The translations under genes were made by a program, and so were the position numbers. 64,000 nucleotides of DNA, from positions 186,001 through 250,000 of the forward strand of contig NW_027117340.1 of assembly GCF_038025025.1 (NCBI RefSeq), written 5' to 3'. Position 1 is the stretch's first letter; every line of letters begins with the position of its first letter. A model generated the notes under the pieces. It worked only from the letters and a program-made list of their open reading frames with translations, was not told where the DNA came from and made no database searches. This DNA is from Phyllosticta citribraziliensis (lineage: Eukaryota). Shown piece after piece: positions 48,932 to 61,944 of the stretch.

Positions 48932-51900
48932 TGCTGCGGATACAGATACAGAGACGCTGAAAGTGTGGGTGGTGTGATGTGGTAGTACCCCACCGCACGA
49001 CATATAGACGACATATCGACGGCGAAGGCGAGTAAAGACGTGGGCGTACGGCGCAATCACTCACGGTCCACGGTCTATACGGTCTGGACAGTCTAGTAGA
49101 CAGGTACCTACTGACCACCAGGGCCCGGCGCATCATGACCAAAGTGGCAGGCTCCGACACTACCTCACCCTACCCTGACCTCGCTCCACCCTGTCCAACG
49201 GCGGCCGGTGGCCATGTGGGTTCGCTGCTACTGCAGGTCCTCTGACAGTGTCAGCCAGGCACCTCAGTCAGCCCAGCCCAGCGTCCGGCTGTCCATCTGC
49301 CGGATTGCCTGCTTCGCGGTGTGTGTGGGTAAGGAGGCTGCCTGTCCAGGACGTTGTCCGCCTCTGATTCCCACGCGGCGTTCATCGCACCACGACCACG
49401 GGGAGTCGTGGGGAAAGAAAGGGCGGGGAGCGGGCCGAGCCTCAAGTCGATACACAGCCACATACATACTTTTCGCAGCCACATGTACCTGACGTGGATG
49501 TACACATTTCTCAACAATAAACTGTGTTTGCTAAGCTGAGCGCCTGCCCTAGCCCAAACAGACAAACAGCGCCAACCAGCGGCGCGACCATCAGAAGCCA
49601 TACAACGACTACGAGAGCCAAGAGCCGAGAGCCATCGTCGCTGTCCCGTCAACGCTGCCCAGTGCGTGCCGAGAGCGTAGGTACTCGGCGCGCCCGACCG
49701 CCGCGTCAGACACAGACTCACCGTCTCTTGCATTTCTCTTACGTTCAGTCACGCTCGCTGCGCCACAAGCCGCTGCCTGACGGATCTTGGGCGTTGTGGT
49801 CCTGTAGGCTCGCCGCGCCGCTGCTGAGTACGTTGGTCGGCGCGGCGGCGGGCGGCGGAGGAAGAGAAGGCGAGGTGGAGTGCAGGGGAGGTTTAAAGGA
49901 CGGAGAAGGTGAGGGGACATGATGGCGTCAGGAATCAAGGGGAGGAAATGGAAAGACGATTTTGTTGTACGAGACGGGAGGGTGACAGGCGACGGTGTCG
50001 TTGTTTGAGGTGTGGTTTTGCTTTCGTTGTTCTTCTGATCCGCAAATGAGGACGACGTGGTCGTCCACTTGACCCCAACTATACCACTCCATGCTCTGGG
50101 GCACGGCAAGCAAAAAGTGAACTTAATAGTTGATCTCAGAGCCAGAGCTGGACTCTTATGATTGACAGAAGTTGATGAATTTTGTTTCCTGCCCGGAGAT
50201 GTGGAACAGACGAAGAGGACGAGTGCTTTGACAGACATGAGCAAACATTGTCAGCATTGCTGAAGGACATCATCTGTCCAATGATGTAAGGCAAATACGG
50301 TCCATTCGTTATGCCTCCTGAGCGTCATTTTGGCCTGAAGTCTCTTTGAAGGCTTTGAAATTTGTGTGCGTATCGCCATGCTAATTTGGAGCCATTTGAG
50401 GTGCGATAGGCTCAAACGGCACCCTCTTCTGGGAGCAGAAAGGTTTGAGGATGAGTGGTCAAGTGATGAAAGTGCGCATTTATCTTTCACATCCCCGAGA
50501 CGAGCTTCATAAAAGAGCATTCTGCACAAAGGCTCAGAAGATGAAAAAACGAGAAAAATCATCACTTATCACGCAGAATGTCATCACTGTCAGCTAGGTA
50601 GCTCGCCTCAGGCTCGACGGCTGCTCGTCCATTCGCAACCCGACCCGAGGGGCGCGCCAAGCGTCAAAAGCACCTGGACAAACAGGATGCACGCGGAAGG
50701 CGTAAACGGCGGTGCGGCAGGACGGCCAACCAGAGCAGACGAGGCGGTCAATAAAGCATAATTACCTCAAGGCATCCGGGAAGAAGCAGAAAGGCAAACG
50801 GCAGATGATGGCAAACGACGGGCCCGCAGCAACCTGGCGCAGCACGTGGAGGTGCCAAGATGCTTCCGCGCACATGTCCAAGGGATTTGGTAGTGCCTTG
50901 GTCGATGACGTCGCGATAGGTGCAGGCGGGAACGAGCCGGACATGACGAACTGACTTGTCAGCAGGAAGTGGTAACGTCCCATGGTGAATGACAAACGGC
51001 CGACAACGAGACCGCCTTGCTTGACCCGCTCGCGATGCAGCCAGCGAGCGCGCGCGTCGTTTCTCAGTGGCGGTTTGTTTCGCTGAAGCGCAGGATGACG
51101 AGTCGACGGCAGCTGTACATACAGTAAACAAGCAAACAGGCGGCCTCGGACACGGCCGCGTCGCCACGGGACGAGGTCAAGCCGTGCGCCGAGTAGATAC
51201 ATGAGGTAGCTGCGGTCAAGCTCAGCAGCAGCAGCAGTAGCGGTAGCGGAGGTGGAGGTGGAGGTGGAAGTGAAGGGATACATGCACTCCTTCATGGATG
51301 CACGAGGTTCGGGACTGGTTCAGGCGCGCAGGACGTCGGGCCGTCTGCCGTGTTTCGCTCGGTCTGTCCCTTTGTTTCCATCTCTTTTCCGTTCATGTTC
51401 ATGTTTCTCCGCATCCTCTCCGTGCGCCTGTGGCAGAGGTACAATATTGTCAGAGTTTTGCGGTTTGATTGAGCTGCCCGAGTGGCTTGCCGAAAAGCTG
51501 CCCGCGCCTCTGGACTTGGCGTGAGTCTTTGCTGGTAGGTTGGCGCGTTGACGCTTATTTTTCGTATTGCACTTCTTGTCGTCTGCGTCGCCTCCGCAGT
51601 ATGGCTGGAAGCTGGTTGACGGCCATGACAGCGGCTATGAGCCGGAGAGACCGTGGACGATGGCAGACCTGACCAGTCGGGGAGATGGTGGTGCTGAGGA
51701 GGAGCAGAGAGAGAGAGAGAGAGAAAGAGAAAGAGATTGTCACATCGGCCGCGGGATCGACACGGCAGGGCTGATCCCCGCAGCGACCCCAGCACGCCTC
51801 ACAGAAGTTTGTGCGGAGAGAGGCGGCCCGGAAGACTTTCATCAATTCATGTGAGCTTCTTTCTGCTCGCCTGGGCTGGCACCGAGGAGCCATGCCTGGC

Positions 51901-52442
51901 GCCCTAGGTGCTTGCCGCCGGGCACCGCAGGGCAAAAGTATCGTCTCACTTGACCTGGTTTTCTCTTTCTCTCTCTTCAGCCCCAGATCTCCACTTCATC
52001 GACACCTCTCCTCGTCGCCCTTCTCCACCGCCGCGCGTATCTCGCTCACCGACTGCGCTGTCACGTCGTCATTGCGCATCTCTCGAGGCTCACTCTACAA
52101 CTGGACGGCCACGGCCTGGGACACATACCTTGGATGGCGAATTGGACGCACACGGTCTCGACTACTTCGTCATAACCCTCTCAGACCCCGCCTCTGCTCT
52201 CCATCCAGACGTTCAGAAGAGTCATAATCGTCGACGACCGTACTTGATGGCAAACAGTCAATCAACATTGCGATTCTAAAAATATCCCTGCCACTGGCGA
52301 CCTTGAACTCAAAAAGTCCACAACAAACAACCTACCAACACCGACACCAGGGAAAAATAAAAGAAAGACACCACCTTCATACCAGCAGAAAGAGGCAAGG
52401 GAAAAAGGAATCAAGGCCCAAAGGACAAAACACCACAACACC

Positions 52443-53573
52443 ATGGCAGCAAACACAAACGACAACGGGGGACAATCCCCCCTCTTCGCCTCCCCAGCAA
52501 ACGCCTCGTACTGCTCGTCCCTCGGGACGCCATATCCACCCATCTCGCCTCCTCCAGCAACAATCCCCACGTTCCCCGACGGCGGCTGCGCGCCGAACTT
52601 ATCACCAGGCAACATGACGCTCCTCTACCGCCTCCCACACCCGCTCTCCGCCGTGCTCCCGCTCCTCCCCTCCTTCGGCGGCAGCGTCCCCGCCACAGCC
52701 GGCGAGCTCAACGCCGCCGACGCCGCCTCCGTCGCGCTGAATGGCAGCGACTCGGCGCCCGGCACCGCTCGCCGCTATTCAGGCGACGGCGGCGATGCAG
52801 AGGGGAATTACTTCATTGACACACTGACAGAGTGGCAAGCGCCGCGCCACGGCGATGCGGGAGCCGGCCAGACGCCGCTCGTCGTCGTCTACAGCGTGGC
52901 GCCAATGGCGCTAAATGTGTCTGCACTCGTCTCGCCCACCTCGCCGCCCTCCTCCCTCACCGGCGTCGACGCCAGCGGCAACGCCGCAGCAGGTAGCGGC
53001 GGCGGCATAGGGGGCGCCGCAATAGCAGCAGCCGGCGGCGCCGGCGCGGCCGCCGCCCTTCTCTCCAACGCCGACACGTCCGCGCGCCCGGACCCGTACC
53101 GCCCGTTCCCGGACGAGGCCGTGATAGGCGTGTACGCAGCCGCGCACGCGCTGGTCGTGGCGCCCGACTGCGACGGCTCCGGCAACTCGCTGTGGAACTA
53201 CACGGTGCGGTTCTGCGCGACCAACGCGCCGACGGCGGCGCGCTGGTTCCGCGAGCGCAGCTTGCGCGGCGTGCGTGGCGTGGCCGCGCAGTTGGGAGGG
53301 GATGATGGCGGGGATGCGGCCGTCTTGGATGAGAGGGTCGGCACGGGGTGTGAGCCTAGCCGCACGACGGCGACGGGGCCGGGGAGCGAGGGCGCTGTTC
53401 CTGGCGGAGGCGGAGCCGGCGGAGGAAGCAATACCAGCGTCTCGATCCCCGGGCCGACGGGCAGAGAGACGGGGGCGGCGAGTAGCAAGGGGTATAGTGC
53501 GCGGATGAGCATGGGGGCGGCCGTGACGCTGGCTGTGGCGGGGAGTATTGCGTTTGCGGCGATGATGGTGTAG
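52443..53573 (+). CDS. Hypothetical Ala/Gly/Ser-rich protein with C-terminal hydrophobic (GPI-signal-like) tail
   Basis: 376-aa ORF, strong ACACCATGG start context, coding-like bias, several sequons and Cys residues. Confidence 0.7.
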   Translation: MAANTNDNGGQSPLFASPANASYCSSLGTPYPPISPPPATIPTFPDGGCAPNLSPGNMTLLYRLPHPLSAVLPLLPSFGGSVPATAGELNAADAASVALNGSDSAPGTARRYSGDGGDAEGNYFIDTLTEWQAPRHGDAGAGQTPLVVVYSVAPMALNVSALVSPTSPPSSLTGVDASGNAAAGSGGGIGGAAIAAAGGAGAAAALLSNADTSARPDPYRPFPDEAVIGVYAAAHALVVAPDCDGSGNSLWNYTVRFCATNAPTAARWFRERSLRGVRGVAAQLGGDDGGDAAVLDERVGTGCEPSRTTATGPGSEGAVPGGGGAGGGSNTSVSIPGPTGRETGAASSKGYSARMSMGAAVTLAVAGSIAFAAMMV

Positions 53574-54480
53574 GTCACTGCACCATCAAGTGTCGTCGGC
53601 ACTTTTTTCATTCTGTTTCAGTTGGTTGTTTTGTTGTTGTTGTTTCGTCGATATACCCCCTCTTTCCATTCAGCCATTCGTTCTACCATCTCTTCATCAA
53701 GCCCAGAGACGTATATTTTTATATGTAGCGTAGCGTTCAGCCTCCATCATCACCACTATCAAATACATCATCATCATCATCACCATTGTCGTCAGACCCG
53801 GAAGTAGCCTGGTAAACGACGAGGAAAAGCGTCCTCCTCGACCTGACCATTTTCTACAGAATAAGTATGGCGTCATGCCTGCCTGCCTGCCTGCCTTGAA
53901 AAACGTACACGCCCCCCCCTCTCTCACGCTCGCTTCCCCCCTGCCTCTGCCCCTTAACCCCCCCCCCCCCCCCTGTGGAGCAGGCACAGCAGTACTTCAC
54001 CCATGTGTAAATACCTCCCTACCTACAGGCACGAAGGTCGAGCGAACAGGAGCAGGAAATGAAGATATGAGACGGTCGACACAAAGAAAAGTAAAAGGAG
54101 ACAAAAGGAAGAGAGAAAGAGTAGAGGGAGATAAACAGGGGAAGGGGAAAGGGAAAGAGGACAGGAGACAGAAGACAAAAGAGAAAGAGAAAGAAAAAAT
54201 GATGTCAAGGGGACGCCGTTTTCCGCCGCCCCCAGTCGCCCACTCCTCACTCCTCCTACTCCGTCCATCCATCCGTCCGTCGGTCAGTCTCACCGCACCG
54301 CAACAACCGCAACCGCCTCAAAGAGCCTCAAGAAGTATACCTTCGCTGTACCTGTACCTGTATCAAACCCTTTGCTTGTCTGTTGTTTAGTCGTTTGTGT
54401 TTGTATTTTTTTTCCATTATTACTTCCATTCCACTCCATGCACACACACAGCCCCCATCTCACGTAGCCCGCCCCAGCCT

Positions 54481-54780
54481 AGTCCAGTCCAGTCCAGTCC
54501 AGTCCAGTCCGCGCCAGCCCTTTTCCTTTTTTTTCCCTTCCCCCGCTTTCCCGCTTTCCCCCTCCCCCTTCCTTAGCCCAGAAAAACGAGATGAGGACGA
54601 CAGACACGACCGACGGCCGTCGGGCGTCGACGACCAACAGACAGCCGGAAAGGAGTGAGGTGAGTAAGAAGTAGCAGAGAGAGAGAGAGAGAGAGAGAGG
54701 CCGAGGGTTGAGGCTGAGGTTGAGGTGGAGACTGAGGTGGAGGAGATAGTCGTGGGCAGCGGCGGCGGCGGCGGCGGCGT
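54481..54780. repeat. Cluster of simple repeats: (AGTCC)n, (GA)n, (GGC)n
   Basis: Direct inspection. Confidence 0.85.
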
Positions 54781-55076
54781 CATTGATGTCGGCTCTGCGT
54801 GGTAGATTGTGGGTGGTGTGTGGGGCGGGAGAGGCCAATGCCAGTGCCAACGCCAGTGTCAGTGCCAGGGCTCCTCGAACACAGCAGCAGCATGAGCAGC
54901 AGCGGCTCCCACGCGTTCGTCGCCGTCGTTTGTCGTTGTCGTTGTTGTCCACGCAAGATCCAATCCGATAGTCAATGCCGTGGAGAAGTTAGGGGGTGAG
55001 TTCGGTCAGGTCGGGGGTCAGTCGAGTGAGGGGGAGGGAGGGAGGGTTGGTGCGGCGCTCTCTAAACGGACGGGGC

Positions 55077-55807
55077 TCAATGCTGCAGCGGCGGTTGGTA
55101 GTTGATCGGGCGCCTGTTTGTCGCGCGTCAGTGACGAGTCTCGCGGCGAGTCGCGTTGATCCAAAAGGGGAGGGGGGCAGAAACGTGCGCAGCGTCATCC
55201 GTCATGCGCAGCGATCCTTTTCCCCTGGCAATCAAATCACGAGCAGGAGGAGGAGGTGGTGGTGGTGGGGGTGTAGAGACACGACTGGACCGACGTACTT
55301 GAACAGCAATATGTGAGGCTCCGGCTCGTGTACTTCGTAGTGCTCCCAGCCCAAGCTCTGCCACCGAGTCGAGTCAGCTTTCTGTCGCGCGTTGCGTCGT
55401 GTGTCGTCGAAGCGAGTCGGACAGACGTACCTGTGTGATGCCCAGTGCCCTCCACTCCTCCTCCCACAGCAGCTTCAGGGTGCCCCTCGAGCCATCAAAG
55501 TACTCCTTCGGTATGACCTTGAGCATCTGCTTGGGCAGCTGCACGTGGCGGTATTCGTACTCGCTGTCCGAGTATCTGCAGACACCAGGAGCGTTAGCTT
55601 GCTTGAACAATCCACATATTCATTGACCAACGACGGAGCTGGGAGCTGGGAGCTAGCTAGCTGCCTGTTGAGAGCGCGCTCGCACGCACGCACGCACCTT
55701 GCCGAGTAGTGAATCGACTCGACGAATTCGTCGAGCCTCTCCTTCTCCGTCTCGCTCAAAGGCCTGGGCTTCTTGTTGCGCCGGGTGACGTCAATGTCCA
55801 TGTTCAT
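55077..55807 (-). CDS. CKS1: Cyclin-dependent kinase regulatory subunit Cks1/Suc1; 3 introns
   Basis: [21 protein letters not shown]...[37 protein letters not shown]. Confidence 0.97.
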
Positions 55808-56791
55808 GTTGTTGGGCGCGGGGTCGAGGGATCGAGGTGAAGCTGGAGAGGGGTGGTGGGGTGTGTTGGGCGACGGGCAGCGGGAGCGAGCGCGTCGAGG
55901 ATGAGGTCCAGCGCAGTGCGAGGGCTGGAGCTTGAGGGCGACTGGACTTGTCACGTCAGGGTGGCGCAGACGCAGCGACAGTAGAGGTAAGGTACAGGTA
56001 GGTGGGTGTTCGGGGTGGGCGCGACGGGAGGTGACGGGGCGCGTGGCTCAAGGAGATAAACACGGGCGGTGTGGTGTGTGTGTGCGGTGCAGGCCCGTCG
56101 ACCTGAGTGCCGGCGCAGGTGCTGTGCTGACTTGAAAGCCCTGGCTGACCCTCGCACGGCTCATCGGGCAATCCCGAGCCCTCCTCATCAACTCCTCACG
56201 TCTGCCGTATGCCGTAGACCACCTCCCACCCATCACTGATGCAACCAGCGCCGCCGTTGCTGCACGTCTCTCGTCCGCATCACGTCGACACATTGTTTTT
56301 GCTGAAACCGCGTCACGGTCGAATTCGAATCTATCTACTCGCCTGTCCAGTACTTTCAATTCCTCCTCCATCCCATTCTTCCCCAGATCCTCCGAGATAT
56401 CAACGGTAAAGCAATACCATTTCCAGCTTTCAAAATTCCATATTCCAGCTTTGAGCAAAATCGTACAAGAGTCGTGAAGGAGTGTATCGGTGGGTATGTG
56501 TTCCGTTGACCGTGTCGCACAGGCCTCCCCTCCCCAAACCTGCAAAAACGCCGAGACAAAATAAATAAAAAGGCTGCGTAAGGAGTGAAGCGAAGTCAAC
56601 TGTTGAATTATCGACAAGAACAAATATCCTCCCTAAGGCCGGCAGCTGTCGCAGCCGCTTCGGTTAACTGACTCCAGAGACACGAGCCCTCGCAGCGAAG
56701 GGCTCGTGCTCCAATCGGGAACCAGAGGCGTCGGGCCACCAAACCACCTGGGTCGGCCCTTCGCGGAAGAAGCAAAGTGAAAAAGAAGCAC

Positions 56792-57769
56792 CTAGATCCA
56801 CGTCGTATTCATCGGCGTTGGAGCCGTCGAAACCTTGGTTTTGTACGTCCTCGCGGCAAGGGGTGCAATCTCCGCTAGGTAATCTGCGGCGCAGAACCTG
56901 GCCAAGCCCTTTTCTCTCATGTGCCGGGTGTCCTCGTCCAGGGCGACATCGCGCATTGTGGTTCCGAGCTCCTCAACCACCTCGTTGAGTTGTTCGAGTT
57001 CGCGACCAAAGGGATGGGAGGGGTCGACGTCGGAGCTGGAATGACCATGTTTAAACATGTCCATCGATGAACGCTGCTCGTGTCTGGAGCCATTGCGGCT
57101 GTGCGAGACAGACGGCGGCTGCCCGCTACGGACAGACCTCTTGCGCGCCATGATTTCATGGGCTTCTTTGCTGTGCGATCTAGCACGCTGGGGAAGCTCA
57201 GGCGTGATTTCAGGAATCGTCTCCGGCGTGCGGTGCGCCACGTCGCGCTGCTGGCGAATGTTGTCCACCGACCTCTTGGGCTCCAGCGACTTTTTGGTCT
57301 GGCTCTCAGCGCTCGACCTGGGGGAAATTCCGGGACGGGAGAGCGAAGTGGTCGACGCAGATCGGTGCAGCGCTTTGGCCCTGTCCGCACGGGGCGGAGG
57401 ATCGAAGAATCCCCGGGCTTGGTGGGACTCGGGCGACGTCGGTGCTGACTCCAGAGACGAAGCGTCGGTCGAAACTTGGCGGGAGCGGCTCGACGTCGAG
57501 CTGTGATCGGACTCGTCCGTCGAGCGAGTGGACGCGTTGGACGAGTATGTGTCGATCGTCGCCTGGCGGACACCTGGAGGGAGAATGTCCGGCGCGTGGT
57601 AAGAGAGCATGTTGGTGGTGGAAATCAGATTGACCGGACCGGAAATCTTGACGCGCTCAGACGATCCAGTGGGCTTCCTGACGCTAAAGGCACGAGCTGG
57701 TGGAGAGTTGACTCTGTCCGCCTTCTTCGCGCGCCTCGTGGTCAAAGACCTGGAGAGAAAATCGGCCAT
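56792..57769 (-). CDS. Hypothetical Ser-rich fungal protein
   Basis: Long single ORF from MADFLSRSL with islands KISGPVNLISTTNMLSYHAPDI and HPFGRELEQLNEVVEE. Confidence 0.75.
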   Translation of the reverse strand: MADFLSRSLTTRRAKKADRVNSPPARAFSVRKPTGSSERVKISGPVNLISTTNMLSYHAPDILPPGVRQATIDTYSSNASTRSTDESDHSSTSSRSRQVSTDASSLESAPTSPESHQARGFFDPPPRADRAKALHRSASTTSLSRPGISPRSSAESQTKKSLEPKRSVDNIRQQRDVAHRTPETIPEITPELPQRARSHSKEAHEIMARKRSVRSGQPPSVSHSRNGSRHEQRSSMDMFKHGHSSSDVDPSHPFGRELEQLNEVVEELGTTMRDVALDEDTRHMREKGLARFCAADYLAEIAPLAARTYKTKVSTAPTPMNTTWI

Positions 57770-59910
57770 GACGACGGTAGCGGGTACAAGAATCGACAAA
57801 AACAAGAGTTGAGTGAAGCAGCAGAGCACGGCAGCCTCACTTCAAAAGTCCGGCGCTAGAGGGAAACAAACAGGGCGTGGTCGTTTCCGAGTCGCACCTG
57901 GTAGCGAGGGCGCGAACGCGAGGGGTCCTGGCACAAGATGGTCTCGCAGAGTGCTAGACAGTTGCTGTTTTTGGAAGGCAGGAGCGCTCGCGGTCAGCGG
58001 GTGCTGAACGGCGGGGTAGGTCGAGTGCCTTGGTCCGGGAGAAATCGAAGAAACGAGTGGTGCAACGGCGAGGCGTCAGGAGACCGCGTCAGAAGGCCCG
58101 GGGAGGGGGAGGGGACGACGGTAAGCGTGGACGATCAAGTCGGAAGGGAGGTTGGCGACGATAGGCCGGATGTTTGTTGTCTCTTGCTGGCTTGATTGTC
58201 TGTAGCGCTACGGGAATTGCTGACTGGCAGCGGAAAGGCAGCAGAGGTAGGTGGCAGTGGATGCCGTGTGCGTGAGGGCTAGAAAGGAAGGTGAGGGCGC
58301 AAGGAGCGAAGGCGGCGCGATGGCTGTAAGTAGTGAAATTTGACAAGTAGGGACCGTCAGTAAAGAGTGAGACGGGATGCCAGAGATCGCAGCCGGGCGA
58401 TGGGGACGACTGGACTGGGGAATGGGGAGGAGGAGGGAGGGAGAGATATGAAGGTCGGGGGGGCAGAATGTCCAGGGCATTCGAGGGTCGCGCGGCCTTA
58501 ATTCATGGACATGGATCCAGCCTGCAGGCGACCGAGGGCCAGCCAGGTCCAGCCAATCGACGCGGATGAGGTGCCGCTTGAAACAACGACCCTGGCCGGC
58601 TGAGCAAACACTCAGTCTCAGCCAGCGACACTGGAAAATCTCGTCTCCACTTGCTGCGATCGCAGACCTGGCCAGTCACGGCGGCGATCATGGAGACTCG
58701 TTCAAGACTTGAAGACTGCGTGCTCTGCTCTGCTCTGCTCTGCGTTGCGGCCCCGCCCTCGCCGCCACGTTGTGAGGGTGCACTGGTACGCTACGTGCCT
58801 CCGGCCAGCCCAGCCAGCGCCTACAGCACCTATCCACGCGCCAGGGGAACCGCCCGACTCCAGAATGCCCATGACACAGCGCCCACCTACGCCCGTACAA
58901 GGTGTTTCTGGCCTGCCTTTTCTGCAAAGATCCGCTGGACGCCTGGAGCAGAGCCTAACCCTCGCGGCCCGCAGCTGCGAACGGACCCACTGTTGTCATC
59001 GACGTCGGTCTTCGTCGCGCCTCGGAATGCCTGTCCGTCTTCGCGACACCACCACGACGATAAAGCGCGCGCCTTTTTCGTCGACCTGGCCTGGCTGCGC
59101 TGTTGCCGTCCCACCACCCCGGCCGTTGACGTTGCCAAGCGCGGCATGGGATGCAGGTCCACGCCGTTGCTGCTGCACGTCGGACCCGTGGACCCTCAGC
59201 GTCAACCGCACCCAAACGCCAGCTCAGGGTCCCGTCCGCGTCTCTCGTCCTCTGCTCTGCCGTCACGAGCACGTCGCCCACTTTGTCAGTCAGCATCACA
59301 AACCGCCCTCAGTAACCGAAAAAGCAAGCAAGCGCGCCACGAGCTGGCCGTCATCTCCTTTTGCCTCATCGTATACCGCTATTGCCTTTTGCGTGCCATG
59401 CTCCCACCTCAATCCGTCGCACCTTCAAATTGCTCAATCAACCTCCATCCGGGACCTCGCTGTTCGTGGACGCGCTATGCCGCTTTGGGCCCTGCGACTC
59501 CATGTACTTCGTTACAGGGCTGAAGTTTAACTGACGTGAAACCGCCATTTCATCAACCGCCTGCTCCTGCGATATCGCACAAACAACTTGCCAAGTGCCG
59601 ACGAAACGCCATTATTCACAACCAAGAACTGCGTCGAAGCCGTGGCGAGAGAAACACTTTTTTTGCTATCCAACCGCACTGCTACCTTCTACGAGTTTTT
59701 CCGATCATCGTCCTCATGCTGCTCAGAAGCAAATCTGACCCTAGCAGAAACCCCAAGTCCCTGCAACCCGGCCTCTCTGCGGTGGCCGGCCAAGGGTCGC
59801 CTTCTGGAAGAAGCTTTCTTCAACGATGATCCCTCTTCTGCACACTGCGGGGCAGTTGGACCCCACTTTCTTGTTCCTGACAGCAATTTCTCGACTGGTC
59901 GAATAAGCTT

Positions 59911-61636
59911 TCACTCCTCCATACTCTCCCATCCGTCGGGGGCATCACTAGCCTCCTCGTCTTCTTCTTCGTCCTCCTCGCTGTCGGATTCGCTGTTGGA
60001 CTCGTCGACTCCGACCAATCGCTCTTTGACTTCGCTCTCGTTGGCCATGGGCGCAACTCTGTCGGTGAAGGCTCGCCGGACCGCCGCATTGGTCGACGTG
60101 TCCCACACTTGCACTGAGCCTTTGCTGCCGGCCACTGCTAGTCTGAAGCCGACTTCCCTGTCTGGTGCAAACGTCGTCGAAAAGACTTTGCCCACGCCGA
60201 GATTCCTCGACACGACCATCGATGGCCCGTTCGACTGAACATTCCAGAGCTTCACCTCCTTGTCCGTCGACCCGGTTGCAATGAAGCCGGGGATGACAGG
60301 GTTGATGTCAAACGACGAGATTGACTCGTCGTGCGCTTGCAGCGTCCAGATCGGCTTGGTTTGCGAGGGGTTAGACGGTGCAAGACGTGCGTCGTGGTAG
60401 TGGATGACGCCGCTCTCAGTAGAAATCTGCACATTCGTTAGCACGTCGTTGATAACGACGACAGCGTGGGTAGTGGCTTACATAAAAGAAGTTGGGGTCG
60501 TGCGGATCCCACTTGACCTGCTCGACGTCACTCTCGACACCCCACCTCGGCGCCTTGGCTTCCGGCGCGCGCATGTCGGCCGCCACGACTGTTCTATCAT
60601 AACTGCCGCTAAGCAGGGCGGTGGTTTCTGTCGGATGCCACGCTAGCGAGCACACCTTGTCAGTGTGGTAGCTGTACGATTTGGCGCACTTGGTCGTGCT
60701 AAGATCCCACAGCTTGACCGTCTTATCGGCTGACGACGAGGCGAGAAGGTTGCGGTGGAAGCGGTTGTGGGCGAGCGAAAGGACGGCATCGACGTGGAAG
60801 TCATCGTTGGCCTTTTTGCTCTTCTTCTTCTTCTTTTTCTTCTTGTCCGGGTTGGCTGCGTCCTCGGCGCCTTGGCCCAGAATCGCGTTGGGGTACATGC
60901 AGTCGACAATGTCGAGATCCCACAGCTCAATGTCGGGGTCCATGGTGCCCACGGCGACAAAGTTGCCTCTCGACTTGTCGTCAATGGGGCCCTTGCCGAC
61001 GGGCGTGTTCAACCACTCCAATGCAAGAGGAATCGCGGGCAGCATGATGTCGTGGTGCACGTAGAGATTGTCTGCTTCATCCTCGTACACGTAGACTTCC
61101 AGGTGAGCCATCTCGTCCTCTATCCGAGCCGCCAACACCAGATTGTCGGATTCTAGAATCTGCAAGTCTTCCCGCTCGACGTCCTCGTCCAAGTTGTCCG
61201 GCATGGTAATGTACGGGTCCTCTTCATTGTTTTCGTGGTACACCAGCGACTTGACGTTGCCGAAGATGGCCAGCGGCTCGCCATCCTTGTCTACCGCGTG
61301 GTCGTCGTCGTCGTAGTGCTCGAGATCGTATTCCTTGAGGTCGTCGTCAATTTCGCTAGAGGCGCAACATCAGTAGGTAATCGATAGCATCAGAGAGAGC
61401 GGCAATTACATGTCGTCCTTGATCTTGTTGACCATGGCACCGGTCCCCTCGTCGTCGCCATCATCCTTGCTCTTCTCTCCCTTCTGTGCCTCATCCAAAT
61501 CTTCCTTTGCGTCGTCCAGCTGCAGGCGCGCCAGCTGCTGTATGCGGTCGAACTCGTCCTCGTCGAAGACGTATTTCTGCGGAAACGGCGCCGCGAAGCC
61601 GCGCGGCACCCACGTTGTCGCCGTGATCATCGACAT
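59911..61636 (-). CDS. PWP1: Periodic tryptophan protein 1 (WD40, rRNA processing); 2 introns
   Basis: [30 protein letters not shown] repeats, acidic tail. Confidence 0.95.
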
Positions 61637-61734
61637 GGTGGCGACCGGGCGATTGGTGTGTGAGGAATGAATGCGCCACGCGTTGCGAGGTTCAACTTTT
61701 ACCGATCGGTGCGCGGTCGCGGCGGCGTCCACCC

Positions 61735-61743
61735 AGAAATTTT
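61735..61743. promoter_or_regulatory. RRPE-like element (GAAATTTTT) in the PWP1/PRP16 divergent promoter
   Basis: An isolated AT motif in a GC-rich promoter of a ribosome-biogenesis gene. Confidence 0.4.
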
Positions 61744-61944
61744 GGACTGGGGAAAGTCGCCGCACAGACGTTTCTTGCGTTTTGCCCGCCGCGCGCCCGC
61801 CGCCTGACCTCACCGCTCGCCGCAGCTTGGCGTGCGCGTCTTCACCGCGGAGGTTTACCAACACCACCATTGCTGCGACAGCTCTATCGCAGACGTGTCG
61901 GTACCGCTCAACTCGCCGATTCAACGCAGAAAAGACTCCTTGTC

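Noticed and set aside
49746..50113. Possible TGA readthrough joining two short minus-strand frames
   Set aside because: Not a TGA-CTA context, no homology cue, and expected by chance.
50281..50338. Plus-strand ATGATGT...CTGA...CTGA snoRNA-like pattern
   Set aside because: Imperfect C box, too short, and no convincing rRNA complement that I could recall.
58954..58963. CCTAACCCTC as a telomerase RNA template
   Set aside because: Incomplete match to TAACCCTAA; no supporting structural elements seen.
58651..59530. Overlapping 290-aa and 273-aa ORFs in an intergenic region
   Set aside because: Non-ATG starts, Arg/Pro/Ser/Cys-rich random composition, no domain.
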